From the NCBI GenBank assembly GCA_005879815.1, contig VBKA01000020.1, forward strand, positions 223-64,222: DNA of 64,000 nt, read 5' to 3'. Shown here piece by piece: positions 18,947-29,366 of the stretch. Below the pieces are notes generated by a model. That model saw only the letters and a program-made list of their open reading frames with translations, was not told the origin of the DNA and ran no database searches. Within the stretch, counting starts at the first letter, position 1, and every line of letters starts with the position of its first letter. The DNA comes from Chloroflexota bacterium (GTDB lineage: Bacteria > Chloroflexota > Limnocylindria > QHBO01). A program made the position numbers and the translations under genes.

Positions 18947-20533
18947 ATGAGTCCCACGACGACCGGTCTCCTGCTGGAGGCCACGGGCGTCTCCAAGACC
19001 TACGGTGCGGTCGTCGCACTGAAGTCGGCCTCGCTGGCAGTCCAGCCTGGCGAGGTCCATGCGCTCATGGGCGCGAACGGCGCCGGCAAGAGCACCCTCG
19101 TGAAGATCCTGACCGGGGCAATCAGGCCGGAAAGTGGCAGGATCGCGGTCCACGGCAGGGAGCGAACCGTCCATTCACCGGCGGAGGCTCGCCGCAGCGG
19201 CCTCGTCTCGGTCTACCAGGAACCGTCAGTCATTCCCGACCTGGACATTCGGGCCAACCTTCGGTTGACCGAGACGCCACTGGAGCCGTTCCGGCAGTGG
19301 GTTCACGATCTGGGGCTCAAGAACCTCGATCTGTCGCGCCTGGCACGGCGCCTACCCCTCGCCTCGCTCCGAATCATCGACCTGGCCCGCGCCCTTGCGA
19401 TTGAGCCTGACGTGCTGATGCTCGACGAGATGACGGCCGCGCTGCCCGCAAACCTCACCGAGCGAGTGCTCGAGGTGATCGGCCTTCAGCGTGGCGGCGA
19501 ACGCTCGGTCGTCTTCATCTCGCATCGGATGATCGAGATCGCCGCCGTGTGCGACCGGGCGACGGTCCTGCGCGAGGGCGAAACGGTCGGCGTCGTCGAC
19601 GTCACGGCGGGCACCGAGGAACGCATCGTCGAGTTGATGCTTGGCTCCATCGTCGAAGGACTACCTGAACGCGCCGGTGAGACCTCGACCCCGGCGGCAG
19701 GAACGGCTGCGCCGCGACTCACAGTCCGCGGCATTGCTGTGGGCCAGAAGCTGCGGGACGCGTCCTTCGAGCTCCGGTCGGGCGAGGTCCTCGGCGTGGT
19801 CGCGCTCGAGGGCCAGGGGCAGGACGAACTGTTCGACGTGCTGTCCGGCTCGGAGCGGCCGAGCGGAGGCGAGCTGCTCGTCGACGGCAAGCCAGCCTCC
19901 TTCGGCCACCCCGCCGACGCGATCCGGGCAGGCGTCGTCTACGTCGCCTCCGACCGCGCCGAGGCGCTGCTCATGCAACGCTCGGTCCGGGAGAACATCG
20001 CGCTGCCATTCATTACGCGGATCAGACGATGGGGCCCGATCGACCTGCCCGCCGAGCGCCGCACCGTGGACGCTGCGGTCAAGCGGCTTCAGATCGATGT
20101 ACGCGCCGGAAACGAGGTCCGGCGCCTGTCGGGAGGCAATCAGCAGAAGGTGACGATCGCCCGGTGGGTCGCAGGCGGCGTGCACGTGCTGCTCTGTTTC
20201 GATCCGACCCGCGGCATCGATATCCTGACCAAGCAGCAGATCTACGTCTTGCTGCGCGACCTCGCCGAAGCCGGCGCCGGCGTTCTCCTGTACACATCTG
20301 AGCTGAAGGAGGTCCAGCTCGTCTGCGATCGCGCCGTCGTGATCTTCGGCGGCCGCATCGTGAAGGAACTCGTCGGCGCCGAGGCGGACGAGGCGCAGCT
20401 CCTGCGAGCTGCGTACCACCTGCGGTCGGGTGCTGTCATGCCGGAGGAAGCCGCTGGCGCCGCCGTCGAGTCGGCTACCGGCGACATCCGTGAGGCGGGC
20501 GCACCGAAGGACGAGGCCGAGATACAGGCATGA
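18947..20533 (+). CDS. Sugar ABC transporter ATP-binding protein (two NBDs)
   Basis: GANGAGKST, LMLDE, FISH, LSGGNQQKV. Confidence 0.93.
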   Translation: MSPTTTGLLLEATGVSKTYGAVVALKSASLAVQPGEVHALMGANGAGKSTLVKILTGAIRPESGRIAVHGRERTVHSPAEARRSGLVSVYQEPSVIPDLDIRANLRLTETPLEPFRQWVHDLGLKNLDLSRLARRLPLASLRIIDLARALAIEPDVLMLDEMTAALPANLTERVLEVIGLQRGGERSVVFISHRMIEIAAVCDRATVLREGETVGVVDVTAGTEERIVELMLGSIVEGLPERAGETSTPAAGTAAPRLTVRGIAVGQKLRDASFELRSGEVLGVVALEGQGQDELFDVLSGSERPSGGELLVDGKPASFGHPADAIRAGVVYVASDRAEALLMQRSVRENIALPFITRIRRWGPIDLPAERRTVDAAVKRLQIDVRAGNEVRRLSGGNQQKVTIARWVAGGVHVLLCFDPTRGIDILTKQQIYVLLRDLAEAGAGVLLYTSELKEVQLVCDRAVVIFGGRIVKELVGAEADEAQLLRAAYHLRSGAVMPEEAAGAAVESATGDIREAGAPKDEAEIQA

Positions 20534-21525
20534 GCGCCGCGGCGGTCACGACGGAGCGGAGCCTTTCGGACGTTCTCGTCTCGCCGATTCGGCGAAACAC
20601 GTGGGTGCTCGCCCTCCTGGGTCTCCTCGCCGTCCTGCTCGTTTTCACGAAGCTCATCCAGCCGAGCTATGGCCTGGCGGGGGTGCAAGGACTCGGGATT
20701 TCGATCCTGCCCCTGGCGTTCGCTGCCGTTGCCCAGGCAGTCGTCGTCATTGCCGGCGGGGTCGACTTGTCGATCGGCTCCGTCATGGCGCTCACAAGCG
20801 TCATCGCCGCCAGCCTGATGGAGGGCCAGAGCGACGCGTTCGGCGTCGCTGTCGTCGTTGGCGTGTTGCTCCTCGGCGTCGTAATTGGCACCACAAACGG
20901 CGCCCTCGTCGTCATCACTCGCGTACCGGACATCGTCGTGACACTCGCGATGTCGTTCGTATGGGCGGGCTGCGCCCTACTCGTGCGGTCCGCGCCGGGC
21001 GGCGCCGCGTCGCCATGGCTCCTGAACCTCGTGATCGGACCCTTCGGGAACCCGTGGATCCCGAAGGCAGCAATCGTGCTCGTGGTGATCGTCGCGATCA
21101 TCTGGATCCCGGTGGCGAGGGGGCGCTTCGGGCTCTCGCTGTATGCCGTCGGCAGCAACCAGCTCGCGGCGTTCCGTAGCGGCGTCTCGATCGGCCGAAC
21201 CAAGGTCCTCGCCTACGCGCTCACAGGCCTCTTCGCGACGCTGGCCGGCTTGTCGCTCACGGCGAGCACGAGCATCGGCACGCCGGTTCCTGGGCCATAC
21301 ACGCTCGAAAGCGTGGCAGCCGTGGTCCTGGGCGGGGTGAGCCTGGCGGGCGGACGCGGCGGGGTCTTCGGGCCGATCGTCGCGGTGGTGGTGCTGCAGA
21401 TCATCCAGAACGACATGACGTTCCTCAACGTCGACCCGAATTACGCGCTCGTGGCCCAGGGCGTCATCCTGATCGGGGTGCTCGTATTCGGCAGCGTCAT
21501 CGAGATCCGGCGGGCCCGTAGATGA
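20530..21525 (+). CDS. Sugar ABC transporter permease
   Basis: GGVDLSIG, LYAVGSN..AAFRSG, AAVVLGGVSLAGGRG. Confidence 0.93.
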   Translation: MSAAAVTTERSLSDVLVSPIRRNTWVLALLGLLAVLLVFTKLIQPSYGLAGVQGLGISILPLAFAAVAQAVVVIAGGVDLSIGSVMALTSVIAASLMEGQSDAFGVAVVVGVLLLGVVIGTTNGALVVITRVPDIVVTLAMSFVWAGCALLVRSAPGGAASPWLLNLVIGPFGNPWIPKAAIVLVVIVAIIWIPVARGRFGLSLYAVGSNQLAAFRSGVSIGRTKVLAYALTGLFATLAGLSLTASTSIGTPVPGPYTLESVAAVVLGGVSLAGGRGGVFGPIVAVVVLQIIQNDMTFLNVDPNYALVAQGVILIGVLVFGSVIEIRRARR

Positions 21526-22511
21526 GCGCCTCCGTTCGCACGAACCAGTGGCTGAGCGTCGTCGGCTGGCGCGGTCTCTTTCGCGATAGGCCCATCATTC
21601 CCCTGATCGGGCTCCTTGGGGTCCTGATCGTGGCGATCGAGCTCGCGGATCCAGGCATCGTCGGGCCAGAGTGGGCCGGTGTGATCGTGCGAGCCTCCGT
21701 GCCACTTGCGATCCTCGGCGGCTGCCAGACCCTGGCGATGCTGACGGGCGGAATCGACCTTTCGGTAGCCGCCGTGGCGTCGATGTCCGGCTTTGTGACC
21801 GCGACGTTGCTCCACAGCCCCGGCGGCGTCGCTCAGGGGATCATCGTCGTGCTCGTGGTTGCCGCTGTGGCGGGACTCCTCAACGGCATCGGCATTGGGG
21901 TGTTCCGCGTCCACCCGTTGATCATGACCCTCGGCATGAGCTTCGTGGTGCTGGGCCTTGCAAACGTATGGCAGCTTCAAAATGTGCAGACGGGCGCGGG
22001 CGTCCCGGATTCACTGCGATGGATCGGCAGCACGACGTTCGCCGACGTCGTGCCATACAACCTTCTTGTCTTCATCCCGTTGACGGCGCTGATCCTGGTC
22101 GGTCTACGCCGCACCGGGTATGGCCGATTGCTCTACGCCATCGGTGACAACCCGGTCGCCGCGCGGCTGTCGGGCACGCGGGCGTGGCAGGTGCTGATCG
22201 TGCTGTACGTGATCTCCGCCGTCATGGCCGCAATCGCCGGCCTCCTGATCTCGGGCCTCACCAACACGGCCAGCGTCTCCCTGGTCGACGCCTCACTCCT
22301 GCCGTCGGTCGCCGCGGCAGTGATCGGCGGGACCTCAATCCTCGGCGGCCGAGGCGGGTTCGGCGGCACGATCGTGGGTGCCCTCATCCTCACGGTGCTG
22401 ACGGCGCTGCTCACGGTGCTCGGCCTTCCGGAGCCGAGCCGCCAGGTCCTCTTCGGCGCGATCATCGTGGTGGTTGCGGCCGCCTACACACGCGTGACCG
22501 CAGAGACCTGA
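21522..22511 (+). CDS. Sugar ABC transporter permease
   Basis: GGIDLSV, YGRLLYAIGDN..AARLSG, AAAVIGGTSILGGRG. Confidence 0.93.
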   Translation: MSASVRTNQWLSVVGWRGLFRDRPIIPLIGLLGVLIVAIELADPGIVGPEWAGVIVRASVPLAILGGCQTLAMLTGGIDLSVAAVASMSGFVTATLLHSPGGVAQGIIVVLVVAAVAGLLNGIGIGVFRVHPLIMTLGMSFVVLGLANVWQLQNVQTGAGVPDSLRWIGSTTFADVVPYNLLVFIPLTALILVGLRRTGYGRLLYAIGDNPVAARLSGTRAWQVLIVLYVISAVMAAIAGLLISGLTNTASVSLVDASLLPSVAAAVIGGTSILGGRGGFGGTIVGALILTVLTALLTVLGLPEPSRQVLFGAIIVVVAAAYTRVTAET

Positions 22512-22525
22512 CCGATGGCGGCGGC

Positions 22526-23314
22526 TCAGCGGGCAGGCATCGCGGCAAAGGTGCGCTCGATATCCTCGAGCAGGCGTGTCGTCGCGCGGGCGACAACGTC
22601 GAGGTAGCGCTCGCCGAACTCGGCCGATGCCTCACGCGCATCACCCCACGTGCCGGAATGCGTCGCCCGATAGACGGAGCCCGGCGACGAAAAGAAGAAC
22701 GCGGTGTGCACAGCGGCCGGGTTTGACACGTCGGGGAAGGGCGGCATCTCGGCGTTCGCGCGGTCCATGTCGACCAGCGCAGGGTTGATGGCGAGGACGG
22801 CCGAGGTTTCGCCTCGGTTGGCGTGGAGCCCGGTCGATGGACCGAAGAACTCGGCCGCCTCATCTGGCGAAAGCCCATCCCAGTAATTGACGGGGAATGC
22901 GCGCACGCCCGCGGGCAACCGCTCTGCCGCGTTCGCACAGGCATATGCGATCGCGTACGTGTTGTCGTAGTGGCCGTTGAGGAACACGATTCGTTTGAAC
23001 CCAACCGTGGCGAGCGAGACGCAGACGTCCTCGATCAGCGCCTGGAAGGTGGGAATGCGCAGACGAACGACCCCGGTGAACCCGTCGTGCGGGTACGAGA
23101 GGCCGTAGTTGATCGACGGCGCCACTGCCGCTCCGACAACTGGCGCGATGCGACGCGCCACCTCGGTGGGCACGAGGACGTCGGTGAGCAACGGACCGTG
23201 CGGACCATGCTGTTCGGTCGATCCCGTCGGCACGATCACGGTGTCGTGCTCGCGCAGGAAGGCCTCGACCTCGAGGTTCGTCATCTCACCCAGGAAGACT
23301 GTGGTCGGCTTCAT
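22526..23314 (-). CDS. Creatininase-family amidohydrolase
   Basis: PTGSTEQHGPH..LLTD, YGLSYPH, NGH, HANRGETS. Confidence 0.9.
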   Translation of the reverse strand: MKPTTVFLGEMTNLEVEAFLREHDTVIVPTGSTEQHGPHGPLLTDVLVPTEVARRIAPVVGAAVAPSINYGLSYPHDGFTGVVRLRIPTFQALIEDVCVSLATVGFKRIVFLNGHYDNTYAIAYACANAAERLPAGVRAFPVNYWDGLSPDEAAEFFGPSTGLHANRGETSAVLAINPALVDMDRANAEMPPFPDVSNPAAVHTAFFFSSPGSVYRATHSGTWGDAREASAEFGERYLDVVARATTRLLEDIERTFAAMPAR

Positions 23315-23335
23315 TGGCTGATCCTCCGCATCGCG

Positions 23336-24181
23336 TCATGCGATCGTGTTGGTAAGTTCCCCAATGCCCTCGATCCACACTGTCACGACGTCACCGGGCC
23401 GCAGCCGCCGCTCGGGACCCGGCGGGTCCATCAGCCGGGCCGGCGTCCCGGTTGCGATGAGATCGCCGGGAACGAGTGTCACGTGACGGCTGAGGAACGC
23501 AATTATCTCGGCGACTCCGAAGCGCATGTCGGCCGTGGTGCCGTCCTGGATCGGGGCGCCGTTGATCGTGCAGCCGAGTCGCAGGTTGGTGGGATCGAGG
23601 TCATCGCGGGTGACGATCCACGGTCCGACGGGACAGAAGCCCGGCATCGATTTGCCGAGCAGCCACTGATCGCCGTCGAGCCATGGGTCGCGCGACGAAA
23701 TGTCGTTGATGCAGGTGTAGCCGAACACGCGCGAGAGGGCGTCCTCGGGCGCAACGGCCGTCGCGATCGCCCCAATCACGACTCCCAGCTCGGATTCGGC
23801 GTCTACGTTATCCGTCAGCGATCGGTCCCAGCTGAGCTCGGCGCCGTGTGCCGCAACCGCGCTCGCAGCCTTGCCGTAGATCAGTGGCCGATGCGGGCCG
23901 GATCCTGCATCCTCTCCTGGCTTGCGGTAGTTCAGACCGACCGTGTAGATCGCCCCGGGATGTGGGACGGCGGGCAGGTAGATGAGCGAGTCGAGGGGAA
24001 GAGGCGCGCGATCACCGTGCGCCGTCGCCCATTCGCGGGCCCGCCCGAGTGCCGCCTCGCCGCTCGCCGGCATGCCCAGCACCGGATCCAGCCCGGCGAT
24101 CGGCTCGAGCGGCAGGACGCCGTCACCGAGCACGATAGCCTCGGTCGCCCGATCCTCAAGCATGATCGTCGCCAGGCGCAT
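23336..24181 (-). CDS. Fumarylacetoacetate hydrolase family protein
   Basis: VGLNY, DAESELGVVIG, GYTCINDISSRD, GKS..FCPVGPW, PGDLIATGTP. Confidence 0.92.
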   Translation of the reverse strand: MRLATIMLEDRATEAIVLGDGVLPLEPIAGLDPVLGMPASGEAALGRAREWATAHGDRAPLPLDSLIYLPAVPHPGAIYTVGLNYRKPGEDAGSGPHRPLIYGKAASAVAAHGAELSWDRSLTDNVDAESELGVVIGAIATAVAPEDALSRVFGYTCINDISSRDPWLDGDQWLLGKSMPGFCPVGPWIVTRDDLDPTNLRLGCTINGAPIQDGTTADMRFGVAEIIAFLSRHVTLVPGDLIATGTPARLMDPPGPERRLRPGDVVTVWIEGIGELTNTIA

Positions 24182-24184
24182 CGT

Positions 24185-25042
24185 TCAGGCCGGAGCGGCC
24201 GCGTCGGCGAGGAGGGCGGCAACGGCCGAACGCATGACCTCTGCCATCCCACCTACGCCGGTCCACCGCTCGAATGCGATCGCGGCCTGATGGATGAGCA
24301 TCTCCGATCCGTTTGCCGCCCGAAGCCCGCGCGCGCGGGCCGTGCGAAGGAGCGGCGTCTCAGGCGGTACGTAGACCAGGTCGAACACGGTCGCGTTCGA
24401 CGGTAGTGCCTGGACGTCCATCGTGACTCCCGGGTCGACCATGCCGACGGTCGTGGCATTGACGGCCAGGCGCGCGGAGCCCAGCGCGGAGACAAACGAC
24501 GCGTCATCCAGGCCGACGCCGACGACCGACCCGGCGTGAAGGCCTTCGAAGCGAGCGGCGAGGCTCATCGCCGACGACGCGGTCCGGTTGCCGATCGTCA
24601 CCCGCAGGGCACCCGCAGCGAGGCAGGCGTAGACGACGGCGTGTGCAGCGCCACCCGCGCCGGCGACCACGATTTCGAGCCCTTCAAGGGGGGCGTCCAT
24701 GGCGAGTTCGACACCGGCGCGGAAGCCCGGCGCATCCGAGTTGAATCCGATGAGCCGCCCGTCTGTCGTCCTCACGACGTTGTTCACCGCTCCGATCGCC
24801 GTTGCCGCCGGCTCGACTTCGTCGCACATCTCGGCAACGATCCGTTTGTACGGCGCCGTCACTCCGAGCCCGAGCCAGTCCGGACCGTGCGCCTCGGCGA
24901 TGATGCGCTCGACCGCGTTGGGCTCGATCTCCATCAGCTCGTAGCGGGCATCGATTCCGGCGGCCGCGAAGGCGGCATCGTGCATGACCTGCGAGTGGCG
25001 TCGCCGGAGCGGTTTGCCGATCAGGGCGACACGACGGGTCAC
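24185..25042 (-). CDS. Shikimate/quinate dehydrogenase-like oxidoreductase
   Basis: VTAPYK, IGAVNN, GFNSD, GAGGAA, NRT, VNATTVGM, DLVYVP.ETPL, EMLIHQA. Confidence 0.85.
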   Translation of the reverse strand: MTRRVALIGKPLRRRHSQVMHDAAFAAAGIDARYELMEIEPNAVERIIAEAHGPDWLGLGVTAPYKRIVAEMCDEVEPAATAIGAVNNVVRTTDGRLIGFNSDAPGFRAGVELAMDAPLEGLEIVVAGAGGAAHAVVYACLAAGALRVTIGNRTASSAMSLAARFEGLHAGSVVGVGLDDASFVSALGSARLAVNATTVGMVDPGVTMDVQALPSNATVFDLVYVPPETPLLRTARARGLRAANGSEMLIHQAAIAFERWTGVGGMAEVMRSAVAALLADAAAPA

Positions 25043-26082
25043 GGCAGCGCGGGTGCCAGACGACGGACCGGTCCGGCCGTTGCCGGGAACGTGACGTTCG
25101 GGATGATCTCGTCGACCCAGCTCCGCAACTGCCCGGGGTCGGGCGTCAGCGTGTGCAGCATGAAGTAACCGACTCCCGCATCAACTCGGCGCTGGAGCGA
25201 CTCGACGATCTCGTTTGGCGTGCCAAAGAGGTAGACCGACTCGAGGTATTGCGCGCCCCGCTCGGGGCTCATGACCCGCAGGAACGCCTGGTGCTGCTCG
25301 TCCCGCGCCCGAGCTGGGTCATCCGTCAAGACGAGGTGCATGAAGTTCTCGTGGGCCACGACGCAGTCGCCTGGATCGCGGCCGTGGTCTCGGAAATAGG
25401 TCTGCAGCTCTGCCCAGTCCCGGGCGATGTCCTCGGGCGGGCACGTCGGTCGCGGGATCCAGCCGTCCGAGCGCAGGGTCCGTGCCTTCACGGCCTCCAC
25501 GAACCGCGGCAGATCTGGAGACTTGGGATCCGCGAGCTGTGACCCACCGCCGATCCAGATCTCAGGCCGCTCCGCCGCCTTCGGCTCGATGAACAGGTTG
25601 TCGACCGAGTAGTACCGGCCGTGATACGTGACGGTCTCGCCTTCCAGCAGCGGCACCAGGATGTCGAGCATCTCGTCGGTACGCCGGCCGCGCTCCGACT
25701 TGTGAACCCCGACAGCCTCGTATTCGGCATCGTTCCAGCCGACACCGGCACCGAGGATCAGTCGGTTGCCCGAAAGGAATTGCAGCGTAGCGAGCTCCTT
25801 GGCGAGGAGCACCGGATTCCGCAGCGGCATGATCAGGATCGACGTACCCAGCCGCACTCGCTCGGTCACCCCAGCCGCAACCGCGAGGGCAGACAGCGGC
25901 TCGAGGAACGACACCGCATAGAAGCGTTTCGCGGCGAGTAGATGGTCGGTGATGAACAGGGAGTCGAAGCCGAGATCCTCAACAGTTCGGGCGAACTCCT
26001 TGATGCCCCGCGCGCGTTGCAGGCCGTCTCCCTCCCAGATGTACGAGGGCAGGAAGACGCCGAAGCGTCCGATATCACTCAC
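25039..26082 (-). CDS. LLM-class flavin/F420-dependent oxidoreductase
   Basis: GFDSLFITDH, RVRLGTSILIMPLRNPVLLAKELATL, GAGVGW..EY. Confidence 0.9.
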   Translation of the reverse strand: MSDIGRFGVFLPSYIWEGDGLQRARGIKEFARTVEDLGFDSLFITDHLLAAKRFYAVSFLEPLSALAVAAGVTERVRLGTSILIMPLRNPVLLAKELATLQFLSGNRLILGAGVGWNDAEYEAVGVHKSERGRRTDEMLDILVPLLEGETVTYHGRYYSVDNLFIEPKAAERPEIWIGGGSQLADPKSPDLPRFVEAVKARTLRSDGWIPRPTCPPEDIARDWAELQTYFRDHGRDPGDCVVAHENFMHLVLTDDPARARDEQHQAFLRVMSPERGAQYLESVYLFGTPNEIVESLQRRVDAGVGYFMLHTLTPDPGQLRSWVDEIIPNVTFPATAGPVRRLAPALP

Positions 26083-26128
26083 GCTGCCTTTTCCTCGCTA
26101 CTTCCCGAACGACCGATTGTTGACGGGC

Positions 26129-26908
26129 TCACCGCCCGCGGTAGTCCGGCTCGCGCTTGGCAAAGAATGCCGTGGCGCCCTCGACCATGTCCTCCGTGGC
26201 GAAGATACGTTCGGAGGCATCCAGCTCGGCCGCCAACCCAGCTTCGAGGTCCAGGTCGATGGCCGCGTCGACGAGCCGCTTCGCCTCGCGAACTGCGAGT
26301 GGTCCGCGGCTGGCAATCTCTTCGGCGATCTCATTGGCCACTCGGCGTGCCTGACCGTCGGCTACGACCCTGCTGACGAGACCGATCCGCTCCGCCTCGT
26401 CGCCGTCGATGATCCTTCCGGTCAGGATGAGATCCTTCGCCCGGGCGGGACCGATGGCGCGCGGAAGGCGTTGCGTGCCGCCTGCACCCGGGGTCACGGC
26501 GAGGCGCACCTCCGGCAGGCCGAGCCTGGCATGTTTGGACGCGACCCGCAGATCGCATGCGAGCGCAAGCTCCAGCCCACCGCCGAGCGCATTCCCCTCG
26601 ATGGCGGCGATGGTCGGCATCGGCAGGCAGGCGAGGCGAGTTGATACCCGTTCTTCGAAGATGTGGCGATCCCGGCCCGCATCTCCACGCTGGGCCTCGA
26701 ACTCACCGACGTGTGATCCGGCCGAGAACGCTCGCTCACCCCGGCCGCTCACCACAACGGCGCGAACGTCGCCGGGCGCCGCTCGCTCCAGCGAGGCCAG
26801 GGCTTCGTCCAGCTCCTCGAGGAGCTCCTGGGTCACGAGGTTGAGCGGCGGGTTCACGAGCTCCAGGTGCGCGACCCGGCCGAGCTCGAGAGCGATCAGT
26901 CCGCTCAT
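26129..26908 (-). CDS. Enoyl-CoA hydratase/isomerase
   Basis: AFSAG, GNALGGGLELALACD, GLPEV, PGAGGTQRLPR; both catalytic Glu present. Confidence 0.92.
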   Translation of the reverse strand: MSGLIALELGRVAHLELVNPPLNLVTQELLEELDEALASLERAAPGDVRAVVVSGRGERAFSAGSHVGEFEAQRGDAGRDRHIFEERVSTRLACLPMPTIAAIEGNALGGGLELALACDLRVASKHARLGLPEVRLAVTPGAGGTQRLPRAIGPARAKDLILTGRIIDGDEAERIGLVSRVVADGQARRVANEIAEEIASRGPLAVREAKRLVDAAIDLDLEAGLAAELDASERIFATEDMVEGATAFFAKREPDYRGR

Positions 26909-28527
26909 CGCGCGACCTCTGTCTTCACCGGGGGCGCAGCCGTAGCGGATGCGGCCGCCTCATTGCCGGAGAGGCCAGCAGCGAAGTCGGCCGCAAGGCC
27001 CATCGGCTCATGGTTGTACAGGCGCCGGTCCATCGTCCTGAGATCGTCCGCCACTCGTGGGCGAAAGCCCATGCGGGCAAGGATGTCGCGCTCGACGTCG
27101 ACGCCGGGCGCGACCTCGATCAGCACAAGCCCATCGCCGGCCAGCGCGAAGACAGCGCGCTCGGTGATGTAGCGCACCTCCTGGCCACGCTCGCGCGCGA
27201 GTCGCCCATTGAACGAAACTTCCCGAACACGAGGCACGAATTTGCCCAGGCTGCCCTCCTGGGCGATCCGGATGCCGTCCTCGATCTCGATCTTGAGGCC
27301 GTGCGCGGTCAGCGTCCCAACGAAGTTGACCTTTCGCGTCCGAGCGCTGATGTTGGGGAACCCACCAGGCCCCCGGACGCGGCCCTCGAACGCATGGACG
27401 TTGACGTTGCCGTCAGCGTCCACCTCGGCGAACGACAGGCTCGCGATGTCGAGCCCCCCGCCGTCGTAGAAGTCGAACATGTACGGCTGGTCGATCATGG
27501 CCTGGTAGTTGAAGCCGGCGCCACCCTCGTTGCCGGCGACGGGGACGCCGCCGAATATGCCCTGCTCGACGGTCAGCACGATCTGGTCGGTGATGCCCTC
27601 CTCCCACGCGATCCGCCCGATGAGCTGACTGATCCCAAACCCGAGGTTACAGATAGCGCCGCGCGGGAACTCGAGCAGCGAGCGGCGGGCGATGACCTTG
27701 CGGACGTCCAGCGGCAGCGGCGGCTCCTGTCGAACCGGTCGCCGGAGTGCGCCGGCGTAGTACGGCGAGTCGCGCGTGATGTACGTCTGCCACTGGTCGG
27801 GGTCGACATACACGTAGTCAATCAGCGCGGCCGGGATCTTCACGTCGCGCGTCGGAAGGCTGCCGCGGTTGGCGAGTTGGCGCACCTGGGCGATGACGAT
27901 CCCATCGCTATTCCTGGCGGCCATCGCCATCGACAGCATCTCGCCCTGGACGGCCTCGCCCTCCATCGAGAGATTGCCGTCCTCGTCAGCGGTCGTGCCC
28001 CGGATGACGGCGACGTCGATCGGGAATGCGTGAAAGAGCAGCCACTCGCGGCCACGGAGCGTGACGACTTCGACGAGGTCATCGGTCGTGCACGGGTTCT
28101 GCTTGCCGCCCGTTTGGCGCGGATCGACATACGTGCCGAGGCCGACGTGCGTGACCAACCCGGGCCGTCCCGCGGCTATGTCGCGCATCAACTGTGAGAG
28201 CACGCCCTGGGGGAACGAATAGGCCTCGATCTCGTTTGCCTCGACGAGCGCGCCCAGCCGCGGCTCGTTGCCGATGTTGCTGCCGATCGTCCGCCGCATG
28301 AGACCCGGCAGGCCGAGCTGCGAGAAGCCGCGCTCGGCAAAGTCGCCGATGCCGACGACACGCACGGTGGTCAGATCACGCGGTCGACCTTCCTTCGCAT
28401 ACACGCTGGCCAGTTCGTCGATGAAACGCTGGGGCAGGGCATGGCCCGCGCCCGATCCGCCGATGACCACCGTGCTGCCGTCGCGTACCAGGCCGACCGC
28501 GTCGCGGACGTCGATGACCCTGGTCAC
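26905..28527 (-). CDS. Family I fused acyl-CoA:acetate CoA transferase (YdiF/Pct-like)
   Basis: PQGVLS, GLGTYVDPR, RGTTADEDGN, NLGFGI, LTVEQG (catalytic Glu), FDFYDGGGLD, YITERAVF. Confidence 0.92.
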   Translation of the reverse strand: MTRVIDVRDAVGLVRDGSTVVIGGSGAGHALPQRFIDELASVYAKEGRPRDLTTVRVVGIGDFAERGFSQLGLPGLMRRTIGSNIGNEPRLGALVEANEIEAYSFPQGVLSQLMRDIAAGRPGLVTHVGLGTYVDPRQTGGKQNPCTTDDLVEVVTLRGREWLLFHAFPIDVAVIRGTTADEDGNLSMEGEAVQGEMLSMAMAARNSDGIVIAQVRQLANRGSLPTRDVKIPAALIDYVYVDPDQWQTYITRDSPYYAGALRRPVRQEPPLPLDVRKVIARRSLLEFPRGAICNLGFGISQLIGRIAWEEGITDQIVLTVEQGIFGGVPVAGNEGGAGFNYQAMIDQPYMFDFYDGGGLDIASLSFAEVDADGNVNVHAFEGRVRGPGGFPNISARTRKVNFVGTLTAHGLKIEIEDGIRIAQEGSLGKFVPRVREVSFNGRLARERGQEVRYITERAVFALAGDGLVLIEVAPGVDVERDILARMGFRPRVADDLRTMDRRLYNHEPMGLAADFAAGLSGNEAAASATAAPPVKTEVAR

Positions 28528-28543
28528 GGCGCCAATCTTGCCG

Positions 28544-29299
28544 TCACGGCATGTACCCCCCGGCGTTCGGGTTGAGCGTCTGGCCGAGGAACAGGCTCGA
28601 CGCGTCCGACAGCAGGAAGATCACAGCATCGGCGACCTCGTCCGCCCGTCCGAAACGGCCCAAGGGCATGTCGCGCAAGCGCCGGGCGCCCTCCTCGCTG
28701 TCGACGAGATCGCTCGTCATCTCTGTGACCGTGACGCCGGGCGCGACCGCGTTGACCCGAATCCCGCGTGGACCGAACTCCTTCGCAAGTGCTCGCGTCA
28801 GCCCGATGAGCCCGGCCTTGGCCGCGGTGTAGGCGGCGGTCTCGGCGACGCCGATCTGCGCCAGGCGTGACGCGACGTTGACGATCGTCCCGCTGCCCCG
28901 CTCGACCATCGACGGCAAGGCGGCCCGACATGTGTGGAACGCCGCAGTCAGGTCCGTCCGAATGACGTCGTCCCACTCGGCCGGTTCGATCTCGAGGAAC
29001 GGGCCGACCTGCGTCCGGCCGGCGTTGTTGACGAGCCCGTCGAGGCGCCCAAACCGATCGATGACCCGTCGCACCAGCGCCTCGGCCTGCCCACCATCGG
29101 CGATGTCGGCGTCGAAGCTCTCCGCATCCGCGCCGACCTCCCGTGCCCGTTCCACGGTCCGGTTCGCGACCTCCGGGGAGCGGTGGTAGTGAACCGCCAC
29201 CCGCGCGCCGTTGGCCGCGGCCTTCACGGCGACTTCGGCGCCGATGCCCCGGCTGCTGCCAGTCACGAGCACGACCCGATCGGCCAGTGCGCCGGTCAC
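28544..29299 (-). CDS. SDR family oxidoreductase (FabG-like)
   Basis: TGSSRGIG, LVNNAG, YTAAK, NAVAPG. GTG start at 29299 is inferred. Confidence 0.9.
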   Translation of the reverse strand: MTGALADRVVLVTGSSRGIGAEVAVKAAANGARVAVHYHRSPEVANRTVERAREVGADAESFDADIADGGQAEALVRRVIDRFGRLDGLVNNAGRTQVGPFLEIEPAEWDDVIRTDLTAAFHTCRAALPSMVERGSGTIVNVASRLAQIGVAETAAYTAAKAGLIGLTRALAKEFGPRGIRVNAVAPGVTVTEMTSDLVDSEEGARRLRDMPLGRFGRADEVADAVIFLLSDASSLFLGQTLNPNAGGYMP

Positions 29300-29366
29300 G
29301 GGGAGCCCTTGGCAACGATGTCCGGGCGGCAGGCGACGTCGGTGATGAAGGCCAACGTCGTCGCGA

